A stretch of 24,000 nucleotides of DNA from Acaryochloris marina S15 (lineage in GTDB: Bacteria > Cyanobacteriota > Cyanobacteriia > Thermosynechococcales > Thermosynechococcaceae), in the NCBI RefSeq assembly GCF_018336915.1, contig NZ_CP064923.1:3832388-3856387 (forward strand), in the 5' to 3' direction. Shown piece by piece: positions 14,641 to 21,853 of the stretch. Made by a program: the position numbers and the translations under genes. The notes beneath the pieces are model-generated. The model was not told the DNA's origin and did no database searches. It saw only the letters and a list, made by a program, of their open reading frames with translations. Within the stretch, counting starts at the first letter, position 1. Each line of letters begins with the position of its first letter.

Positions 14641-17004
14641 TTATTCCGCAATCGGTAAAGACAAGCTCGCTGGATTAGACCGCGCAGCAATAACCTGCTT
14701 AGCAGCTTCCGGCTTCAGGGGACGAGCAAACCAATAGCCTTGCCCAAGTTCACATCCTAAGGTGTGTAGATATTGCATTTGTTCTATCGTTTCAATCCCT
14801 TCTGCCACAACATTCATCTCTAATCCATGGGCAAGGGCAATAATCGTTTTGACAATTTGATCTTGTCCTTGGCCAATCCCCCAGACAAAAGATCGATCGA
14901 TTTTGAGGGTATTAATGGGCAAGTTATACAGATAATTCAAGGATGAATAGCCCGTGCCAAAATCATCCAAACTGAGGGAAATGCCTAAGTTTTGCAATTG
15001 CTCTAATCGATCGGTGACGTAGTAAGTAGACTCCATCAACACCGTTTCGGTAATTTCCAGTTTGAGATGCTGACCGGCGAGTCGGTGCAACTGTAGTAAA
15101 GATTCAACGGACTTAACAAAGTTAGGTTGCAGAAACTGTTGGCTGGACACGTTAATACTCATGGTCAACGGTACAGAAAATTGCTGCTCCCATGTCGATA
15201 GTTGTTGACAAGCCGCTTCTAAAACCCACTGTCCCAAAGGAATAATCAGCCCCGTTTCTTCGGCAACAGGAATGAACTTTTCGGGAGAAATCAGTCCTTG
15301 TTGAGGATGGTGCCATCGCAACAGGGCTTCAAAACCAACCAGCTGCTGTTGCCGCAAGCAGAAAATAGGTTGGTAATACAGTTGAAACGGGTTCTGCCCT
15401 TGATCAATCGCCTTGATGGCATATCTCAAGCTATTGCCTAACCATAAGCGAGAGCGAACTTGCCGATGCATTTTTTCATCAAAGACCACATAGCTCCCTC
15501 GACCATGGGCTTTGGCACGATACATGGCCGTATCTGCGTCTCGCAATAGTTCTTCTGGATGTTGAGACAAACTGGTGGAATGGGTAATACCCATACTGAC
15601 TGAGGTAAATACTTCTTGCTGCTTGAGCTTCAGGGGCTTAGCCAAGGACCGCTGGATACGCTGGACAATTTTATGGGCTTGCTGATGATTCACCACTCCA
15701 TCTAAGAGAATGGCAAACTCATCTCCTCCTAATCGAGCCAGCAAATCTTGAGGTCGCAAACTCTCTTTAAGCTGCTGAGTAATGGCAACGAGGAGCTGAT
15801 CTCCCACACTATGTCCCAGGCTGTCATTGACGAGCTTAAAGTGATCGACATCCAAAAACAGAATGGCGAAATGACTCAGGGTAGGTTGGCGAGAATATCC
15901 TTCCAGTTGTTGCCGCTGGACCTGTTGCAGTTTGTGTTGCAGCTGTTCGTAGAAGTAGTCGCGACTCGGTAATCCGGTCAAGGTATCAAAGAGCGCTTTT
16001 TGTTTGAGTTCCTCGGCTGTCCGATGTCCCTCCATCGCAATACTCGCCAAATGGGTAGCGGTTTTAATGATGTTGAGATGATGAGCAGTCGGGAAACAGG
16101 GGACTTGGTGAGACAGGGCAAAGGTGCCTAAGAGGTCTCCAGACTGGGAGAAAAAAGGCGTGGACCAACAGGCACGAATATTATGTTGTTGGGCAAACTC
16201 CCGGAAGTCCGCCCAGACGGGATCGCGTTGAGTATCTTCAACATAGACAGCCTTGCCACGAAAGGCAGCCGTCCCACAAGAGCCTGCATTTTCAGCAATC
16301 AGTAAATGATCAAAAGCGGCAGCCACTTCCGATGACAAGCTTGGCCCTGCTCCCATGCGCAGTTCCTGTTTGTGGGCATCCCGTAAGAGAATAGAGCACA
16401 CCGTCCCTGGGGACTGACTTTCAATCAATAAACATAAACTGCTGAGGATTGCATCTAGCCCTTGCCCCGTCGCCACATGTTCCAAGATTTGGGTCTGGGT
16501 TTGCAGTAGCGTTTCCGAACGTTTGCGCTGAATGGCCGTTGCTAACACCTGGGCCACACAGGCACCAAAACGGAGATCCTCTTGACTCCAATTCTGGGGC
16601 TCGGGAGTCAAAATTTCCAGTAACCCTAGGGGGCGATCGGTTCCAGGGATGGGGATGCAAAGTCCGCTAATGAGTTGGGGTTGTGTCAGAGGAAGTTGTT
16701 CTGATTGCCCGGAAATAACGGCTGTTTGCCCAGTTTGCATCAATGCCTGTAACCACCGATAGCCCCGACTATCGATATCGGTGGCTTCCCCTAGGAGTGT
16801 CGCTTTTTGTTTTGCCACCAACCTCAGGGTATTGCTATCGGAGAGGACTTGCCACAAACTACAGTCTTCGACTGGCAAGTGGTGACTCATCAGTGCGATC
16901 GCATCTAAATACAAGTCAGTTAAGCTAGACCCGGACAATGCTTTCTGCCCTAATTCAGTTAGTTCCGACTGTCTATCTAGAGGATTTGTCGCAAAGTCAT
17001 TCAT
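14641..17004 (-). CDS. GAF-GAF-GGDEF-EAL c-di-GMP turnover protein
   Basis: There are two GAF-like regions. The GGDEF domain has an intact GGDEF and an RxxD I-site (RPQD) 5 residues upstream. The EAL domain has EALLRW, KLEITE, DDFGTGYSSL, KIDRSF, AEGIETIEQ and GQGYWFARP. The track start at 17085 is a TTG, and I prefer the ATG at 17004 (MNDFATNPL...). The stop is 11 nt upstream of the next gene's start. Confidence 0.9.
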   Translation of the reverse strand: MNDFATNPLDRQSELTELGQKALSGSSLTDLYLDAIALMSHHLPVEDCSLWQVLSDSNTLRLVAKQKATLLGEATDIDSRGYRWLQALMQTGQTAVISGQSEQLPLTQPQLISGLCIPIPGTDRPLGLLEILTPEPQNWSQEDLRFGACVAQVLATAIQRKRSETLLQTQTQILEHVATGQGLDAILSSLCLLIESQSPGTVCSILLRDAHKQELRMGAGPSLSSEVAAAFDHLLIAENAGSCGTAAFRGKAVYVEDTQRDPVWADFREFAQQHNIRACWSTPFFSQSGDLLGTFALSHQVPCFPTAHHLNIIKTATHLASIAMEGHRTAEELKQKALFDTLTGLPSRDYFYEQLQHKLQQVQRQQLEGYSRQPTLSHFAILFLDVDHFKLVNDSLGHSVGDQLLVAITQQLKESLRPQDLLARLGGDEFAILLDGVVNHQQAHKIVQRIQRSLAKPLKLKQQEVFTSVSMGITHSTSLSQHPEELLRDADTAMYRAKAHGRGSYVVFDEKMHRQVRSRLWLGNSLRYAIKAIDQGQNPFQLYYQPIFCLRQQQLVGFEALLRWHHPQQGLISPEKFIPVAEETGLIIPLGQWVLEAACQQLSTWEQQFSVPLTMSINVSSQQFLQPNFVKSVESLLQLHRLAGQHLKLEITETVLMESTYYVTDRLEQLQNLGISLSLDDFGTGYSSLNYLYNLPINTLKIDRSFVWGIGQGQDQIVKTIIALAHGLEMNVVAEGIETIEQMQYLHTLGCELGQGYWFARPLKPEAAKQVIAARSNPASLSLPIAE

Positions 17005-17209
17005 AGAGCCAACGATACAAATTTGGGGACCTGTTAAATATGCAATTGAATCACAAGGGTTAATACAACGAATGTTTGACTCCAATCACCCAATCTTAGG
17101 CAAACGGATTATTTCACTGTCCTAAATCCTAGCCAATTCTGTGGAGGGAGAAATATGTAAATCTACTGAAATTTTCTTTACAAAGATATTTATGTATCCA
17201 AACGAACGC

Positions 17210-17479
17210 TCAATAAAACCTTCTATTCATTGATATAGCCCAATATTTTTTAGCAATCAAAAAACTTAAATCATACATAGAAATCTGTACTAATCCTTGC
17301 TCTCTCAACCTGTATAAAAAGCTAAGCCTCAAAATATAGGCATCACTATAGATAGTTTTGATGTCATAGTTCTCTACATGCCTACAGTTCTCATCTCCTT
17401 TAATCAGTAAGCTTTGTAGGGCTATGTTGTCCTTTGCTCCATAATTTCTACTATAAAAACAGAAATAGTCTTCTACCAC
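17210..17479 (-). CDS. Hypothetical small ORF (89 aa, GTG start) in an AT-rich spacer; possibly a gene fragment or spurious
   Basis: It is the only ORF in the 544-bp spacer. It has a non-ATG start, no recognisable motif and very AT-rich codons. Confidence 0.2.
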   Translation of the reverse strand: MVEDYFCFYSRNYGAKDNIALQSLLIKGDENCRHVENYDIKTIYSDAYILRLSFLYRLREQGLVQISMYDLSFLIAKKYWAISMNRRFY

Positions 17480-17540
17480 AAGGGACTATATTTCAATGGC
17501 ACTGAAAATGTCTACAGAACGGAATCTTTATGAATATAAA

Positions 17541-17572
17541 TAATAAAAAAGAGAGGCACATCGGCCTCTCTT
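17541..17572 (-). terminator. Rho-independent terminator of hemL
   Basis: The stem AAGAGAGGC / GCCTCTCTT (17549-17557 / 17564-17572) has a 6-nt loop. On the - strand it is followed by TTTTTTATTATT (complement of 17538-17550). It lies about 58 nt downstream of the hemL stop. Confidence 0.75.
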
Positions 17573-17629
17573 GAATGATTATTTGCAAAGATGATCTTTA
17601 GCTGATGAAATCAACCTCTAAATTAGATC

Positions 17630-18928
17630 TTAGATGTTAGACAATACAACCTTGGCGGCTTCAAGGGTTTGGTCGATGTCTGCATCCGTATGGGCCAAAG
17701 AGGTAAAACCTGCCTCAAATTGGGAAGGGGCTAGGTATATCCCTTTCTCCAACATTCCCCGATGAAATTTAGCAAACTTAGCTGCATCAGCAGCCTTCGC
17801 ATCGTCATAGCTATGGACAGGGCCAGGGGCAAAGAACATCCCAAACATGCCGTTGATATGTCCCCCACAGACTTCATGGCCTGCTTCACGGGCAATCTGC
17901 AACAATCCAGAGATTAACTTACCGGTCACCCGATCTAACTGGTCGTAAGTCCCTGATCGTCTGAGCAATTCTAGGGTTTTGATACCTGCCGTCATCGCCA
18001 AGGGATTACCAGACAATGTACCCGCTTGGTACATGGGTCCAGCCGGAGCAACCATACTCATAATGTCTCGGCGTCCACCATAAGCGCCCACTGGCAAGCC
18101 GCCCCCAATGACCTTACCCAAGGTGGTCAAATCGGGCGTAATGCCAAACTTCTCTTGGGCACCTCCGTAAGAGATCCGAAAGCCGGTCATGACTTCGTCA
18201 AAAACGAGTAAGGCTCCATTCTCTTTGGTAATTTCCCGGAGGCCCTCTAAGAACCCGGCATCTGGCGGAATAAACCCAGCATTACCGACCACTGGTTCTA
18301 AGATCACCCCAGCAATCTGATCGGGATGTTGGGAGAATAGAGCTTGTACAGACTGCAAATCGTTGTAGGGAGCGGTCAGGGTATTTCCCGTCACGGCCTT
18401 GGGCACACCGGGAGAATCCGGTAGCCCCAAAGTCGCCACGCCGGAGCCAGCCTTGACCAAAAACATATCGGCATGACCGTGATAGCAGCCTTCGAATTTA
18501 ATCACTTTTTCCCGGCCGGTAAAAGCTCGCATCAGTCTCAGGACGGACATACAAGCCTCAGTCCCTGAGTTCACAAAGCGGACCACTTCCACGCTAGGAA
18601 CGGCATCAATGACCATTTCAGCCAGAACGTTTTCTAACAAGCAGGGAGCGCCAAAGCTGGTGCCTTTGTCTAATGCCTCTTTGAGAGCCGTGAGGACTTC
18701 AGGATGAGCATGGCCGCAGATTGCGGGTCCCCAGGTGCCGACGTAATCAATATACTGATTGCCATCAACATCCCATACATGAGCCCCTTTAACCCGATCA
18801 AAGACAATGGGTTGGCCGCCAACGGATTTAAATGCGCGGACCGGTGAACTTACGCCACCAGGCATCAATTTCTGCGCTGCCGCAAAAATCTCCTCTGACT
18901 TGGTTGTATTTAAGGTGTCAGTAAGCAA
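17630..18928 (-). CDS. hemL: Glutamate-1-semialdehyde 2,1-aminomutase
   Basis: Near-complete match by memory to cyanobacterial HemL: [40 protein letters not shown]..., PLP-lysine context [12 protein letters not shown], and C-terminal [13 protein letters not shown]. The likely start is the TTG at 18928, preceded by AAGGAGAAAACG, giving 432 aa. The track ATG at 18994 adds 22 atypical residues. Confidence 0.95.
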   Translation of the reverse strand: MLTDTLNTTKSEEIFAAAQKLMPGGVSSPVRAFKSVGGQPIVFDRVKGAHVWDVDGNQYIDYVGTWGPAICGHAHPEVLTALKEALDKGTSFGAPCLLENVLAEMVIDAVPSVEVVRFVNSGTEACMSVLRLMRAFTGREKVIKFEGCYHGHADMFLVKAGSGVATLGLPDSPGVPKAVTGNTLTAPYNDLQSVQALFSQHPDQIAGVILEPVVGNAGFIPPDAGFLEGLREITKENGALLVFDEVMTGFRISYGGAQEKFGITPDLTTLGKVIGGGLPVGAYGGRRDIMSMVAPAGPMYQAGTLSGNPLAMTAGIKTLELLRRSGTYDQLDRVTGKLISGLLQIAREAGHEVCGGHINGMFGMFFAPGPVHSYDDAKAADAAKFAKFHRGMLEKGIYLAPSQFEAGFTSLAHTDADIDQTLEAAKVVLSNI

Positions 18929-19191
18929 CGTTTTCTCCTTAAGGTCAGCTGACTCGCTGAATGGTTGAATTATCAAGGCTTTTGAAAGGTGCATTGAGCA
19001 AGTTCATGCTTAAGCCCTATCAACATAGTCTTACATTCTACTGTTTCACTCTATAAGGATCAAAACTATTGAAGGTTGGTCTACATTCTTCAAGTTTGAT
19101 CAGGGAGAAGCGTAAACAATTGAAAAATTTTATACGCAGACAGCAAAAATTATAATCCAGCCTCTGAAAGGTTTCAAGGCCAAAAAGACTC

Positions 19192-20865
19192 TCACCAAGT
19201 CACTCTGTTTCGGAGTTGTTCCAGCAGTTTCGGCCCTATGCCAGGAACTTGATCTAAGTCTGCTAGGGAGGTAAATAGGCGTTCTTGTCTAGCTTCGATT
19301 ATTCGTTCAGCCAACTTGGGCCCCACACCAGGCAATGCCTCCAGTTCCGATTGATTCGCGGTATTCAGATTGACGAGGGTGGCTTGCTTCCCTTCTGGTA
19401 AGACGGGTTGGGTCGTTCCCCTGCCCCTCACCAGCAAATCACCACATTGACGTTGGTGGTCTTGGGCTTTTTTTTGGAGAAAGGCAGGAATGCCTAGACG
19501 GCTACTGGCATACAACCGCTCAAATTCCCGGTGATAATGCTCTGCAATTTGAGGATGTTCCATCACCAGTAGGGTTTCATCATTGCGACGATTGGCCGCA
19601 TCTGACCAGTTGTGAGATCCCACAATCACGATCTGACTATCAACAATGCCAAATTTATGGTGCAGCACATCTCCTTTAGGGAGTTGAGGTGTCCCTACGG
19701 TTTGCAAGGGTGGGGACCAGGGCCGATTTTGGGGTTCAGCCTTGCAGGTCAAAGTTCCACTGCGAGAGGGACTGAGGGTCACTCCTAGCATATCGAGCAC
19801 TTCGCTATAGCTTTGATAGGCAAACTGAGGATCACCCAAGACCCGAATTTTCACCCCTTGCTGGTGCTCCCCTGCTAGCTGATCCACCAAGGATTGCTCT
19901 GAAAAGACAAATAACGCCAAAGCAATGTTCTGTTTGGCTTTAGCTAGGGTTTGGCGGATCAGCCCGTTGGTACTGCGGGACCAAGGCCTAGAGATAGATG
20001 TTGGCGAAAATTGCACTTGCACTTTGGCATTACCAAGCTTAAGAGTTTGGGGTGGACGCCAGGGCTTGTTCACTCCAAATTTGCTATCCGTTGTCCGACC
20101 GGGACCATCTCCCCAAAGGGCCTTAAATTCCTCAGTAAAGAGCTGTGCTAAACCTGGGCTCTCCAGAACGACCAGAGAATTGGCATTCCCCCGACTATCT
20201 GGCTGATCTAAGTCGCCAAGTAGCCCAGACAAAGTAAAGTTGGCCGTCGTCACAATAGTGGTCTGCCCATCAATGACTACAAACTTATGGTGCATCAAAC
20301 CACTTCCGGCAGAGCCATCGGCTGTATCATCCAGCCAAGGGATATCAGCTCTACGGAGTACCTGTAGGGCATCATACTCATGGATTTCAGCTGAACTCAG
20401 CTCGCCATCTTGATTTTGGTCGATCAGCTGAAAATTGGCTTGGTATCGTTTCTTCTGCCGCGGATCCATCCGAGCCACCTCTTGGGACGTAAAGCTACTC
20501 CAAGGGCGGCTGTAGGTATTTTCTAAGATGACTCGGACCTGAACACCGGCTTGTTTGCGGTCTCGCAGGGCCTGGGCGATACGGGGCGATCTCAATTCCT
20601 GTATTGCTACATCTACTGTGGATGTAGCAGCCTGGATATTCTCGACAATAATGGACTCTAAATCATCCCCTGGGCGGGAGATTTGCCGATAGGAATCCGT
20701 AAAAGAATTAGCCAGATTCTGGTTCATATACACCTGAATCTGGCTATGTTGTGGGAGAGGTTGAATGGACTGGAATTGAGGTTGCGATCGCTGCCAACGA
20801 TTCACCCCAATCCCTAGAGCACCGAGTAGGACCAGAGAGGTCAATCCCCATTGCAGCCGCTGCAT
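19192..20865 (-). CDS. Membrane-anchored/secreted PLD(HKD)-family nuclease-like protein with an EF-hand loop and C-terminal ComEA-type tandem helix-hairpin-helix DNA-binding domain
   Basis: The N-terminus has a hydrophobic anchor (LTSLVLLGALGIGV). HKD motifs are HHKFVVIDGQTTIVTTANF and HHKFGIVDSQIVIVGSHNW. The EF-hand loop is DQNQDGELSSAE. The C-terminus is LNTANQSELEALPGVGPKLAERII...LDQVPGIGPKLLEQL. The track start at 20871 is a TTG; the first ATG is at 20865. Confidence 0.8.
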   Translation of the reverse strand: MQRLQWGLTSLVLLGALGIGVNRWQRSQPQFQSIQPLPQHSQIQVYMNQNLANSFTDSYRQISRPGDDLESIIVENIQAATSTVDVAIQELRSPRIAQALRDRKQAGVQVRVILENTYSRPWSSFTSQEVARMDPRQKKRYQANFQLIDQNQDGELSSAEIHEYDALQVLRRADIPWLDDTADGSAGSGLMHHKFVVIDGQTTIVTTANFTLSGLLGDLDQPDSRGNANSLVVLESPGLAQLFTEEFKALWGDGPGRTTDSKFGVNKPWRPPQTLKLGNAKVQVQFSPTSISRPWSRSTNGLIRQTLAKAKQNIALALFVFSEQSLVDQLAGEHQQGVKIRVLGDPQFAYQSYSEVLDMLGVTLSPSRSGTLTCKAEPQNRPWSPPLQTVGTPQLPKGDVLHHKFGIVDSQIVIVGSHNWSDAANRRNDETLLVMEHPQIAEHYHREFERLYASSRLGIPAFLQKKAQDHQRQCGDLLVRGRGTTQPVLPEGKQATLVNLNTANQSELEALPGVGPKLAERIIEARQERLFTSLADLDQVPGIGPKLLEQLRNRVTW

Positions 20866-20876
20866 CAACAAAAGAT

Positions 20877-21599
20877 CTAAAAGCGGCTAAAAGTCCCTAA
20901 CTCAGACTCTTCCAATACCTGCCGGAGAGAATCAACCACCACGGGGGCTTCTACATCTGGGTCTCTAAAAATTCGGCGTGGGGTAATCGATTTGCCATAT
21001 AAATCGCGGTTCTTACCTCTGTTAAAGCCGAGCTTAGAGCCATCAATGGCAACACCACCAAACAGACCACTGCTGCGGGCATAGGTCAGAATCGGTGACT
21101 TGCTGTAATCTTTAGTGGGATCAACCGCCGTTGCTCCCACAGGACCCGCTGTCCCTGAGACACTACCGCCGATATCAAAAGACTTGGACAGTACTTCATT
21201 GACCGTGCTGCGGTTGGGAAACACCAAGACAATATCACTCGATTTAGCCCCAATTTGGAGGCCAAAACTGCCGCCAGTGATGTTGATAAAAGCGGGGTTA
21301 CTCCAAGTGCCATCTTCTTGTCGGAGCATCATCACCCCAGTGCCTCGGCGAGCACCAAATAGGAACCCCGCTTGGATGACACCTGGAAAGATAGCAATGC
21401 CTTCGCTTTGCTCTAGCAGTTCTGACGGAATTTGAGTTTTGGGATCACTCAGAATTTCTTCTAAGACATTCTGAGAAGAGTAAATAATCTTTTCGGCATG
21501 GGCCTGTTTCTCTACATCTGTCGCTGCCATCGTCGGCATAGTGGTGGTGACTACGAGCACTGCTGTTACGGGCACAGCCACCATAGACTTAAATTTCAT
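20877..21599 (-). CDS. Secreted SYLF (DUF500 / Ysc84-like) lipid-binding domain protein
   Basis: 240-aa ORF with ATG start. The signal peptide is MKFKSMVAVPVTAVLVVTTTMPTMAA. It has SYLF-like Gly-rich strands: GFLFGARRGTGV, GGSFGLQIGAKSSD, IGGSVSGTAGPVG and GLFGGVAIDGS. Confidence 0.75.
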   Translation of the reverse strand: MKFKSMVAVPVTAVLVVTTTMPTMAATDVEKQAHAEKIIYSSQNVLEEILSDPKTQIPSELLEQSEGIAIFPGVIQAGFLFGARRGTGVMMLRQEDGTWSNPAFINITGGSFGLQIGAKSSDIVLVFPNRSTVNEVLSKSFDIGGSVSGTAGPVGATAVDPTKDYSKSPILTYARSSGLFGGVAIDGSKLGFNRGKNRDLYGKSITPRRIFRDPDVEAPVVVDSLRQVLEESELGTFSRF

Positions 21600-21853
21600 C
21601 GCTATCTCTCCCTAGACAAGACGAGCATATGGGTAATGACCCTAAATTTGCTGGAAAGTTTCAGCCTAGCCATCAATACTAAATGGTGCAGAAACTTTGA
21701 TACCGTGCATATTTACAACTACGGTAGGGGGCAAACTAGCTTCAATCTCTTATTTTCTAGCCCTTACTTAGCATCGAAATCATGAAATAGCAAGGCTTTC
21801 GAGATGAAACTTGTTGTTTTAGGGTTCTAATTGCCCCCATTCCCCATTTAAAG

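Noticed and set aside
15748-16928. ORFs 15748..15972 (+), 16421..16660 (-), 16449..16670 (+) and 16743..16928 (+) inside the GAF-GGDEF-EAL gene.
   Set aside because: They are shadow ORFs of a gene with unambiguous domain motifs.
19925-21435. ORFs 19925..20206 (+), 19951..20151 (+), 21086..21313 (-) and 21115..21435 (+) inside the PLD/ComEA and SYLF genes.
   Set aside because: They are shadow ORFs with Arg/Pro/Gly-rich products.
21655-21700. Imperfect inverted repeat GGAAAGTTTCAGC / GCAGAAACTTTG in the divergent promoter region.
   Set aside because: It matches at 10 of 11 positions across a 28-nt loop, which is modest. I could not distinguish it from chance or assign a role.
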